A stretch of DNA of 64,000 nt, taken from contig NC_087436.1 of assembly GCF_036321535.1 (NCBI RefSeq), positions 73,348,001 through 73,412,000 of the forward strand, written 5' to 3'. The position numbers were made by a program, and so were the translations under genes. This stretch comes from Camelus dromedarius (Eukaryota). Below the pieces are notes generated by a model. That model was given only the letters and a program-made list of their open reading frames with translations, was not told the DNA's origin and ran no database searches. The first letter of the stretch is position 1. Each line of letters opens with the position of its first letter. Shown piece by piece: positions 51,071 to 62,526 of the stretch.

Positions 51071-52524
51071 GATATAGATGAGGAAATTGAGGGTCAGTGA
51101 AGCTGACCGGTCCAAGGTCTCACCGCTAATGGGGCAAAGGAGAACACTGATTTATCCCACCAGTTTCATGCTGTTTAAAACCACTGGTAAATAAGGGCTG
51201 TCACGTAGTGGGCATCCCTCTGCCCCTGACCAAGATGTTATTGCCATTCTCTTGTTAAATCACTGGGATGGCTAGGTACCGTCTCTAGGCCTGTCTCCTG
51301 ATCTGCAAAATGGTGGAGTTGGAGATATGTCTAAATCGCCTGAAATCCCTTTTAGGAGAAATCCCAGCAGAAGATGCCCTAGCAAGCCCAGCAGGAGAGT
51401 CATGCAGGCCATCCCAGAAGCAGCACCATCAGATGGGCGCCAGCCACAGAACCTTTAGATTCCCTGAGGGAGCATCAGCCCTGGTACTTCCTACAGAGAA
51501 CGCCAATCCACCCCCAGGCCTCTGGGAAGTCAGCCTCGCAGCGCTAGCTACTCCCTTAGCCTGACTCAGGGTGCAGGCCCGGTACCCACCGTTCCCCACG
51601 TTACCTGTCATCCTGACTCACAGCGGCCCTAACGACAGCTTCCCGGGTTACTCACCGTGGCCTGAGAAGGGGAACACCTCCCCCAGACAGCTTTAGCGGT
51701 TTCTGCAGCAGGTGACTAGCCACACTGGACATGGCTGTAGCTCGCCTTTGCTGCTCCAAGCTCTGGAGGCAAAACAGGGACTTCACCCCCACAGGACTGC
51801 AGAGATAAGCAAGGCAGGGTGCAGGTGACCATCCCATGGGCAGACATCCCCAGATCCTTGAGCATGTGAAAGGCAGAGCGGCACAGGAAGCCACAGCTAG
51901 AGCAGTCCGGTCTTTCTGAGCATCGCTGGTTTAAACCACCGATGGTTGGTCCCATTCCACCACCATTACCCACCCCACACCGGCCCCCCCATCTCAGGCT
52001 GCTTGTTTCCATTTCAATGAATACGGAAATATGGTTTATATTGTCTCAATTTGAGCACCTAACATAAATTATTTACCAAAAACCGTTTTCATTGTATCCA
52101 ACCCAGTATCTTCAGAGTTTGAGCTCCCTGAAATTCTAAACAGATTTTTAAACCACTAGGAAGGAGGGGGAGGGAGACTGGGATGAGGAGCAAAGTAGGG
52201 AGTTGGCTGTGAGATTCTCCCTGAAGCACAGATGTTTGGCTCCAGTTGAAAGACAAGCCGTCCTGAGACAGGGAGGGGCTGCTCTCCTTGCTGACATATT
52301 TCAGAAGCATATTTATTAGAGGCAGCTCAGTGCTCACAAATCTGCTTGAAATTCCTAAAGTCACCCTACACATTTCTGGTCAAGGAGCACATGGTTGTGC
52401 CTTCATTAACCATAAACTCCCAGGTTCTTATTTAGAAGAACTGGACTTATTAAGTGTCTTCATGCTAGTCCCCTAAATCTGCAGAGCAGCATATATATAC
52501 ATGAAAGTGAGAGAGAATATAGGT

Positions 52525-52942
52525 GTGTATTCATGAGTGTTTTCCAGAGAAACAGAACCAGTAGGATGTGTATAGAGAGAGAGAGGAGAGATTTGTTTGA
52601 AGGAACTGACTCCCATGTTTAGGGATGCTGGCAAGTCCACAATCTGCAGGGTCAATCATCAGGCTGGAGACCTAGGGAAGAGCTGATGTTGCAGTTCAAG
52701 TCCAAAGGAATGTCCTCTTGCTCAAGGGAAGTCAATCTTTTGTTCTCTTCAGGCCTTCAACTGATTGTGTGAGGCCCACCCACACTATGTGGGGCATTCT
52801 GCTTCACAGAAAATCCACCCATTTGTGAGGAATCTCATTTGGAATCTCATCCCAAAACATCCTCACAGAAACATCCAGAGTAGTATTCAATCAAGTATCT
52901 GGGCACCACGTCCCAGCCAAGTTGACACATAAAGTTACCCAG
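52525..52942 (-). mobile_element. MLT2-type ERVL LTR
   Basis: tccagagaaacagaaccagtagga and ccagccaagttgacacataaa termini. Confidence 0.8.
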
Positions 52943-54239
52943 CTCAGGGGGACAGTGGAGGGGAGAAAGAAAGGAGGTGACATTGTCCTGAGCTCAGATC
53001 CAAAAAGCAGGGTGTGGCAGAAAGCTAGAGACCCAGGGAAAAGCCACCTTCCTGACCACAGGTCCTTCGCTGATAGGGACCAGCTGGACACTGAGGGGCA
53101 TGAACTTGCGTGCATAGGCTGAGACCCTTCCCCACTCCCTCCCCAGACACCCTCACCAGACCTAGACGTGGCACAGGACACGTGGTCCACAAAGCCACTG
53201 AATCTGGAGGACTGAGCTTGTTCCAGATGTTCCCTACTTTCTTTCCAAACTGCTGGCAAATCATCCATTGAATCCTCTGTTCTAAAATTTTGCCTCAGAT
53301 TATCATCAAGCCTATGGAATGTACCATTTTCTAGCTAGTGAGTGTTTGCATTCTTCTTCATTTCCATTCTCAGTTTGCACAGAATCCCTCATTAGATTGT
53401 CAGCCCTTCAAAGCCAGGGACTGCGATCTGTTTTGTTCTTTCTGCAATGGTCAAGAAAACGTTCTGCCCAATGTGGACGCTTTTGATTGCATGATTTAGC
53501 AAGTAGAGCCTCCTAAGAGAACAAAGAATTAGAGTCACTGTAATTTAATTGCAGCCACAACCCCCTTTCACTCACCAGGCACTGTGGTTGCAGCTTTCTG
53601 TCAATTACCTCTTTTATCCATCACAGTAATCTCTGAGGGAGATATTACCAGCCCCATTTTACAGATGAGGCACCTGAGGCTTCAAGTCTCAGGGGCTCAC
53701 TCACGGTCACCCAGTAGTTAGAAAAGGAGCCAAAGTGGGAGCTAGTTTTTTCTAACTCCAAGGTCCGTGCTCTTAATCACTTGTGACCATCCCCTCCCAC
53801 TCCTCCAGCAGCTGACAGCAAACAAACCAGGCATCTTAGTGACAATCTGATGAATCAAAAGGAGCCGTGGCAGGACAACTCACTAAGTTAATACCCACAG
53901 ACTTTCATGTCGTTTAGACAGGGACCACGATGGTTGCTAGGGAAGGTAGTTCTCTGCCCCTGCGGCTCTTGGCTCCTGGACAAAAGCAGAGAAGCCATAA
54001 TCCCTAATCTGAGGTCTGTGAACAAACAGCCTCTTCAAACCACATGGGTCACGAAGCACCTGGATAACGCCCTCCCCGTCCTGTCTGGCTTTGGTAAGTA
54101 AGTAAGCAAGCTACAAAGAGGGACGCGCTGCTGAGCATTTCCTGCGCAGATTCTTTCCCTTGCCGAGGTAGATCTATATACACACAAGTAAAGAGCAGGC
54201 ACTAACAGGGGCGAAGATTTGAAGGAATTAAAAGGATAG

Positions 54240-54486
54240 CGGGGGTGTGGTCGCCCACAATCCACCTCCAAGGATGGATGAATGATGTTTGGCTGTTATT
54301 ACGAGAAGTTCTGGTTGCTAAATACTGTCTGGTATCTCCTTTCTGATTTCTTACCCTCACACCGCAGGCTCTGATCACTGCGGTCCACTATGCAAATGCA
54401 GGCTCCCGGAATCAGGCTGCGGGTGACTCACCGACCCCTTTAAAGCCACGTTGGGTTCAAGGCAGTGACTGCTCAGGGCAGAAGCC
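54240..54486 (+). promoter_or_regulatory. ODAPH proximal promoter and 5' UTR
   Basis: TATA-like TTTAAA at 54439-54444; AP-1 TGACTCA at 54424-54430; octamer ATGCAAAT at 54390-54397; RUNX cores TGTGGT 54246-54251, ACCGCA 54361-54366 and TGCGGT 54379-54384; all directly upstream of the ATG. Confidence 0.6.
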
Positions 54487-54553
54487 ATGGCTCACAGACT
54501 CAGCTACTCCTACTGCCTGTTGGTCTGCTGGTTGGTGGTAACTGTGGCAGAAG
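54487..54553 (+). CDS. ODAPH: ODAPH exon 1 (signal peptide)
   Basis: GCCATGG Kozak context; hydrophobic core LLVCWLVVTV; phase-1 donor AAG|gtaagg. Confidence 0.95.
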
Positions 54554-57500
54554 GTAAGGGTTTTGTTTTTATTTGACTGTGGATCCACTAATTAATAAGT
54601 TGTGTGTAAAGACAAAATTTGGTTCCGTGATTATACATATCCATGAATTGGAAATATTTACGTCAGCTTCCATCAGACTGTGTGGTCAGAGAGAAAGAGG
54701 TTGAATTTTATCATCTGAAGACCTTGGTCCTAGTCTCAGCCCTAGCTATGTGACCCTAGATTCACTTAACCTCTTTGGCATCTGCCTCCTCAAATGTGAT
54801 GTGACAGCAGTAATGATATTCATTCTTATGGGGGGTTGTGAGGACCAAAAGAGCTGTCATGCAAGAAAAGCTCTTCAAGCTTCAAGCACTGTATGAATAC
54901 TAGTAATGACCATTATAGAGCTAACAATTTCCTCCCTGAATTACAACAACGGCCCCCTCTGTATATCCCCAACAGCATAGTAATTTGCCCATGGTGGGTG
55001 TTTAGTCTGTTTATTAATTGCTTTAGTCAGTTGTGTCTTGGTGCTACAGCGGTGAGCATAGACTTCTTTCTTTAGGCTTATATTAGATTCAATTTTTCCA
55101 CTGCCCCTTTTTCTTTCCTTTCCCCCACTACAAAATGTCCAGGTGGCCTGAGCTGGAGAATTGGTTTGCAAACCCTGGGGAAAGGAAAGAAAAAGATAGA
55201 GAAGGAAGAGGGCAGAGAACAAGGGAACCTGGGGGACTGGGGTCTGATGTTTATTTCACAGTTCACCGTAGTTTAGAACTAGATACTGTCAGGCAGGAGA
55301 GCCCCAGGAGTCAGACTGCGTCTTCTGCCCTTTCCTTATGGCCCTGGGGCTTTGCAGGGTTTCAGCCAGACCCTTGTCATCCTCCAGAAGTTCCCTGTGC
55401 CCATCCCCCAATGCTCACAACGAGCGGAGAGGGGCAGGGACATCAGAGCTGGTGGTGAGACCACCAGAGAGCACCTTGCCCAGTCTCTGCATGAATTCTG
55501 GCAATCAGAGGGTGAGGAGACATGGATAACCAAGAATACCTGCCCGATTCCCAAGACGAGGCGCATAAGCATCACCTGCTAAAAGTGACATCTGAGAGAT
55601 GCATCATAAAACAGATCTTGTCACCAGACACCTTTCCAGAAAATGAACTACTCTTCAGGAAACTTTGTAAATATGTGGCTACATAAGTTATAATGAGATT
55701 AGAGATTCATTCACATTTAAAAAAAAAATCTTTAAAATGTGAGAATTGATTTCTGATTTTGGCTCACTCTTCCCCACTGTCCCTCAGACTGGCATCAAAG
55801 TCCTTCAAATGCAGCTTGCAGCTTCACTCTCTCCAGACAGCCCTGGTCCCAGGTAATTGCCCACTTATACCTGCCCTGGCTTGGCCAGACGGGGTCACGT
55901 GGGGCTGTCCAAACTCACCCCGTTCTCTCTCTCCTCCAGGGCAGCAGCTGTGGTTGCCGCCTTGTCCTGCTTTCCCTTCTGTTGATTGTATTTCCGCTTC
56001 CCTGATGGCGTGTAAATGTCACTATGACATGACCTTCACAAAGGCTTTCTTAAGACACAATTTTAAAACTTAAGTCTCTCTTTCTCAGAGGGATTTGAAT
56101 TCCCATAGCCATGTGTACATCACCAATGACATGCACTGCATTCTGCCCTGTATTTACAGATCCATGTGTTTGTAGCATCTCCCCACTTCTCTGTATCTTT
56201 ATCATCTCTGCACCTGCCACAGCACCTAACATAGGAATCTGCAAACTGTTGAAATGACTAGGCTTATAGCATAGGGTTGAAGGAGGCATGTGTGAACTTG
56301 TGTGAACTGGGCTCAAAAGTCTTTATCTGTAAAACCAGAGGTTTGACGAAAGTAGCCAGTCACCCTGCAAGTCTACAAAAGGAATAAAGTTGCAGTTATT
56401 GTAAGCAAATTGTATCACAGGACTTGTATTTCTCTCTGCTTCGACTCTGAAAGCACTTGAGAATTTTTCTAATACTCCACATCAAGTATAAAGCTTACTT
56501 CTCTTAAAAATCAGGATGGTTCACTACAGACCAGCTATTGTCTGCCCAAATAACCACAGACTACAGGTAATTATATTTTTTTAAAAAGGTCATCCCATCC
56601 TTACATTCTTTTTCTAAAGTACTAGTTGTTGGTATACTATGAATTTCATGTCTAGACTATAATAAACCCACTTAAAATTGATGTCCAAACTCAAAGCAAT
56701 ATTTTGGCTTGATTTTTTATTCTACTCTAATTTTAAATGTAAGTTATGGTTGCAAATTTCCTGGGACTACAATTAAATCCTCAGTGAGCTTCACAAAAAT
56801 CTACAGAGAGGAACTCATTCAGCATCTGCCTGGCCATTCATTTAATTTATCAGCTCTGTACTGGGCACCACTCTAAGCCAGAGACTGTTCTAGGTACAAA
56901 GGACATAGCAGTGACCAACAGTGTCCACAGTCCTTATATTCAAGCAGGCTGGTTCTAATAACGTCTGTACACTTTAGTCCTATCAACAGTGCACAAATCA
57001 TATGTATATCATATAACCATATGGGTCCAAGAAAATGAGGCTCATGCTAACAATATTTCTCTGTAACATTCAAGGTTAGTAATAACAGCTAACAACTACT
57101 AAACGCGTGCTGTGTGTCAGGCATGTTCTGAGCACTTTACGTGTGTCATTTCAGACACTACAACAAGCCAATGACATAGGGAGTAGTATTTTCTCCATTT
57201 TACAAACAAGGAAAAGAAGACCCGGAGAAGTTAAGGAAGCTGTCCATGGTCACACTGTTATAAAATGGGATCCTATACTTTTCGACACTATGCTATTCTG
57301 CCTCTAAGAATGTTTTCAATTTGCATTTAAACATTTGACCTACTTTGGTTTAATTAAGGTTGCAAAAGTGTTCTCGTCTTTGATGTTCAGTGCCTTTGGT
57401 GTCATGTCAGTATGTTACATAACAAGAAACTTTTGCTTATTAATGATTGCATCATCTCTGAGAGGTAGGAAAGTGGTAACTTTTGCAACTATAGAGACTG

Positions 57501-60500
57501 AGATTTCTCTCAGTCGAGTCCCCCGCAGGCACTGCGCTAGGGACAAGGGGCACAGTCTATGGGATGGTCTCGCAGCTACTTCAGTGCAGGAGGAATGTAG
57601 TCACATGACTGATGGTCAGTATCTGCTGGACAGTAATCACATGACCGATGAGTATGATGAAAGCGGGCTCACAGGGCACTATGGCAGCGTGCTGCCGGGG
57701 GCCTTGAGCCAGCCTCTGGGGAGAGGAGACCTCCCTGAGGAGATGAGACGTGAAATCTGCAACAGAGCAAAGAAGGCAGGAAACGGTGCTCCAGGCACCT
57801 GGAACCAGCTTCTTAAAAGCCCAGGACCATTGATGATTTTTGTCAAAGTGTTTTTGTAGCATGGAGGAAACAGAGTCAGATTCCAATGGATTAAATAGGT
57901 GGGGAAAAAAATGGGGTCAGACGTGTGTAGACGTCTCTTTGAAGTGAGAGAAGCAGGAGCCAAAGAATTTCAGGCCGATCACTGATATTTTTCTCTCTGA
58001 AATATGAAGCTGAGTAATCTACTTAGGTAGAATTTTGAAGAGAATTCTTCAAATGAATAAAGAAGAGTGAGAATTTTGAAGGGGCTTTGAAGAGACTGTC
58101 AAAGATTTAGGAGACAGGGGGAATGGAGCCGAGCAAGGATAAACAACAGAAGTGATAAGCAGTGTTAACTGGGGGGAGACCATGAATAGCATCAACCCAC
58201 TCACTCAGAGGTGTGGCCTTAACCTTGTAAAGAACCGGTGAGTTTCCCAAATCAACCCCTAAGGCTCCCCCATTTTAGAACACTGGAGCGAGCCAACCAG
58301 TGACCTGAAATAGTCACCATGTATCTACTCTGCTGGGATGAGGTGGATTTATGTGGGTTGGTTAGTAGGACAAGCTTGTATCTTAATCTTGAGCCCTTAG
58401 AAATTCCCAGGAGAAATTCTCAACAGAGCATTGATTAATACTGGATATCCCCCCGGAGTCAGAGAAACACTGTCTAGCGGCTCTAACACCCCATTGTCAC
58501 AAGGAAGATTTGGAGAGTAGCGTCAGGTTTTAAGAAATGAAATGAGCACAAGAGGTGGGTGTTTTTAAAAGCTGGAGTCCAGCTAATTGAGAGGCAGAGC
58601 CCAAGGCCAAGCCTGATCTGACAGCAAAGTGTCAAAATGGGGCTTAAGTATAAGACTAACTTCTCCCATAGCGACTGGATTCTCAACAGAAAATTTTCAT
58701 GTTACAAAGGTTCAGAATCGATCTGATTGTGGAGGGGGAAAGAATGAGTAGTGTGAGATTTAATCAATCATCTTCTGTAGTTGGAAATGTCTTAATGTGA
58801 TTTCAACTATAAGATCTTAATACTTAGGAGCCTGGGTGGGTATGGGAGAAAAGGGTCAGTATTTCATTCAAGAAACAGACACCCATTTAAGCTGGCTTAA
58901 AGGAAAAAAGAAACTAGAACTGGAGCTGGAATGACTATTATAGAGAGTCCCAAGAACCTTAAGTATAGCCAGCCCTCAAAAAAACCAGCCCTCAGAAAGT
59001 CGAGAGCCAAGATCACTCTCACCATCGCTCTGTTACCACATGGTCTCTTGTCTCTTTTTCTCTTTGAGAGGCCTTTCCCATTTTACAGCTTCTATAGAAA
59101 GAGCGGCTTCTCTGTTTATTCAGCATTCAATGGGTCAACACCTGACACTCCAGCCCCTGCCCTCCACCTTCCACTTACATCTTCCACTATCTGTGTCTCT
59201 TTGTTGAAATTCTCAAGTGAGAATCTGGTCACGGGCCAGCCAACGAGTGAGTCGAGTGTCTGACAGCAGTCCAGCCAGCCATAGCCAAAGGTGCGTGGGA
59301 CTGACCCTTCCAGGGGCTGCGGGTGAAGCAGAATCTCTAGAAGGGACTATGAACATAGGCAGGCAGTAAGCATATCCAATACAACCAAGAAACCTGAATT
59401 CAGCTGTTCCAAAGGTGAGGGGAATCTAGCTCTTTTTAAGTGCCTCAGAAATCTCAACTTCCTGTGAGGAATTCATTTTTCCGTCGTTCACACTTAGCAG
59501 GCCTTCCAAGGCCTGTATTGGTAAGTCTCTAAGGAAGTGACGAATAGTTTTCTAAAGGAAAGCTTGCTTTTTCATAGGCAATTTAATTATATGACACCAC
59601 TATAGGGAAGATCCTGACACTGGAGATTGATCCAAATTTCTTCTCAGAGACTAATTTCATCCTTGTCCTCAGAGCTCATTCCCCTGCTGCATGTGGACGC
59701 CCCCTTCCCTTCTCTTCAGGGAGTGAGCTCACTGCTCAGGAAGTGAAGCAGGTCTTCTGAAGTAATGGCCTTCAGGTCGGGGCCTGGGTGGCGGTTATTT
59801 TTAATTTTCTCAACATTATATTATTATATTTTTTCCACTGAATTTTCTCTATTTATTTATAACTTATGCACAATAAAATGCACAAATCTTAAAAATACAG
59901 ATTGCTCACATTTCACATATATGCGTGTGTGCATATAAATGTGTGTGTATATGTATTTTTGTGTACGTGTGTGTAAATATAAATGTGTGTGTATCTCCAT
60001 ATCATGTAACAACCACTCAGCTCAAGATCTAAAGAACTTACTGGTTACTTTTCTACTAAATAACACTGACCCTAACCCTAAGCTAACTATTTTTTACTTT
60101 CTTTTTTTTTTCACTGTAGATTCGTTTTGCTTGGTCTTGAACATCATATAAATGGAATCTTACAGTATGCAGTCTTTCATGTCTTCTTTTGCTCAACGTA
60201 ACATCATGGGATGCATCCATGTTGTCATTTTAGTAATTCCTTCCTTTTCATGGCTGAGTAGTCTTTCATTGTATAAACACGCACAGTTTATCCATCTTCC
60301 TGGTGATGGACACTTGCATTGTTTCTAAGTTTGGGCAAATAGGAATCAGACTGCTGTGAACTCTCCTGACCTAGTCTTTTGTAGACATAAGCACTCATTT
60401 CTTTGGGTAAATTCCTCAGAGTGGGACCACTGGGTCATAGGGGTGTCCATGTCTCATGTTGCTGGCCTGGGCAGTTCTTTGAAACATGACTCTAGAGTTC

Positions 60501-61020
60501 TCTCTTCCACTCACTCCCCCACTACCACCTGAAGACTGCCCCCTGCTTCTGCCATCAGGCCTGTTTCCTGACTTTCACTTTTCCCCCCACAGGACAAGAA
60601 GGGGTGGTCACCCCTCCTGGAGACTCACAACATAATGCAGACCCTACAGACTGCCAGATCTTTACACTCACCCCTCCCCCCACCACAAGGAAGCCAGTGA
60701 CGAGGATCCAGCCCATCACAAGGACACCCAGGTGTCCCTTGCATTTTTTTCCCCCACGATGCCCCAGAGTCCACCTTAGGTTTCCATACAGACCTTTCCA
60801 CCCTCCGACGTGCAACCACCGTTTTCAGATCCACCCATTTTTTTGGCCACACAGGCGCCTTCCTCCTCATTATCGTTATTTCCCCAGGAGACCACTCTGG
60901 AGAGGAAGTTCCTCTGAGGAAAGCCGGGCGAAGAGAGAGGCCCCAAACATACTGAAGGAAAAGAAGCCCATGATGCGGAGGGTAAAGCTGAGTGGTAGAG
61001 CACATGCACAGCATGCCTGA
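54487..61020 (+). CDS. ODAPH: Odontogenesis-associated phosphoprotein (C4orf26), spliced CDS, 2 exons, 164 aa
   Basis: join(54487..54553,60593..61020) = 495 nt. Signal peptide MAHRLSYSYCLLVCWLVVTVAEG, then QEGVVTPPGDSQHNADPTDCQIFTLTPPP...GSSSEES, which matches ODAPH as I recall it. Synteny downstream of THAP6 also fits. Confidence 0.96.
57080..57305 (-). mobile_element. MIR SINE in ODAPH intron
   Basis: tgtgtcaggcatgttctgagcacttt...ccattttacaaacaaggaaa core. Confidence 0.65.
58830..59385 (-). mobile_element. MaLR LTR (MLT1-type) in ODAPH intron
   Basis: caagaaacagacacccatttaagctggcttaa start; gagaatctggtc...ccagc motifs. Confidence 0.5.
59850..60445 (-). mobile_element. Old L1M 3' end in ODAPH intron
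   Basis: ataacttatgcacaataaaatgcacaaatcttaa terminus; tgatggacacttgcattgtttc and tgggtcatagg motifs. Confidence 0.75.
60593..61020 (+). CDS. ODAPH: ODAPH last coding exon (mature Pro/Arg-rich protein with SINE-derived C-terminus)
   Basis: Long polypyrimidine tract and cacag|GA acceptor in phase 1; continues into ORF 60604..61020; the TGA at 61018-61020 lies inside a SINE. Confidence 0.95.
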
Positions 61021-61060
61021 GTCCTGGCTTCAATCCCCAGTGCTTCCACTGAAAAAAAAA
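60975..61060 (+). mobile_element. tRNA-derived SINE (Vic-1-like) inserted in ODAPH coding sequence
   Basis: gcggagggtaaagctgagtggtagagcacatgcacagcatgcctgagtcctggcttcaatccccagtgcttcca plus A tail, homologous to the copies at 530, 13431 and 46579. TSD AAAAGAAGCC at 60959-60968 and 61058-61067. Confidence 0.9.
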
Positions 61061-61529
61061 AGAAGCCAGTGCCTCAGGAAGGATGAAGAAAGGATTTCTC
61101 TTTTCTTTTTCAAAACTAAAGCTGTTGGATTGGAAGATTAAGCACCTTAAACACCAGTGACTGGAAACTATTCTCCTTGTCAGCAGTGAAGATCCTGGTT
61201 TATAGGTTATTCATCTTTGCAAAATAGGAGCAGTAACTATGTTAGTCTTATCCCCAACTTCTCATGATCACGGGATTTTATGTAAGGAATGTTCTAAAGT
61301 GAGTGGTTCCAGTCATTTCTATCATCCTGAGATGCCAGAAGAATCAGCTCCATCTTCTAAAATAGAGTGAAGAGCATTTAAAAAGAGATTGTCATCAACC
61401 AAATGGAGATGTTAATGACACTTTTTCATAGTCACTGGAAAACTTACAGGACAAAGTGAACTTTAAAAGAAATTTTTTTAAAAACTGAAAGCTTTACTTT
61501 ATTCTCTGCTTGACAGTGGTTATTTATTC

Positions 61530-61705
61530 GTTTTTAATTGAGGTATAATTAGCATAACATTATGTTAGATTCAGGTGTACAATGTAATGATTCAATATTT
61601 GTATATGTTGCAAAATGATCGCCACAGTAAGTCCAGTTAACATCTCTCACCTTACACAGTTACAAAAAAGCTTTTTCTTGTAATGAGAACTTTCACAATC
61701 CACTC
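61530..61705 (-). mobile_element. L1 3'-terminal fragment in the presumed ODAPH 3' UTR
   Basis: ttaattgaggtataatt...caggtgtacaatgtaatgatt...gtaatgagaact; similar to 32835-33030. Confidence 0.7.
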
Positions 61706-62460
61706 AGTTTTCTGACAACAACAACAACAAAGAAATTACAAAGATTAAAACAAAACAAAGTAATGGGGAGTCTGACTATAGATAATACTTTAAAGATTTT
61801 ATAAACTAAATTACCTAATCAAAAAACTCTTTTTTTAATCTGTAATATCTAAATCCATTTTTTAAGCAACCTGTGCAAATTAGTTTGATGAATGTCTCAC
61901 TGTTTCTTCTGTTATCATCATTTGGATACCAGCTTAAATGATATACCTCCCCTAAAACTTTTAACATCATTCCAGGTTCAAAATTCCAAGTAAAAGTTTA
62001 CCAGGGTGTTCTAGTAACTCTAGAAATCCACAGGCACAAATTCACCCAACTGGAGGAACCCGGTGTTCTGAGGATGCAGTGTAAGTAACAAGTCCCACAG
62101 ACTGCACTCCGGTTGTTCCTTCAGCCATTCCGCAAAATACTGCCTCCTGTTTGCGCTACTCACCTTGCCTGTAAGGTTGGAACTTTGGTTTCTCATATGA
62201 GGTCAGTGTTTACACCTGTTCCTCCCAAGAACTACATGCAAAGATGCTGCTGCTGCTTCTACAAAGGAAAAGAAAAAAGAAAAGAAAAGGAACATAAAGA
62301 CCTGAGGACACTGGGAATGCCTGGGAAATGAAAAGAGATATGAAATCATCATGTTCTCTTTTCTTGCTATATTGAAAGATAAAGAGAAAAAAGACACTTT
62401 CCCTCACTCACTTTATAGCAAATTTTCATTCTACGAACAGATGTTTGTTTTAAAATTATG

Positions 62461-62526
62461 ATTAAATAAAACTTGTATCTTCTTTGAAGTCTTCATTAAG
62501 TAAAAAATTCTATATTTTGGAATAAA
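62461..62526 (+). terminator. Candidate ODAPH polyadenylation signals
   Basis: ATTAAA/AATAAA at 62461-62470 and AATAAA at 62521-62526, followed by U-rich sequence. Confidence 0.4.

Noticed and set aside
57335..57859. 174-aa ORF in the ODAPH intron
   Set aside because: Non-ATG start, no homology I recognise, no convincing splice sites.
60555..61033. Antisense ORFs overlapping the ODAPH last exon
   Set aside because: Shadow ORFs of a GC/Pro-rich coding exon.
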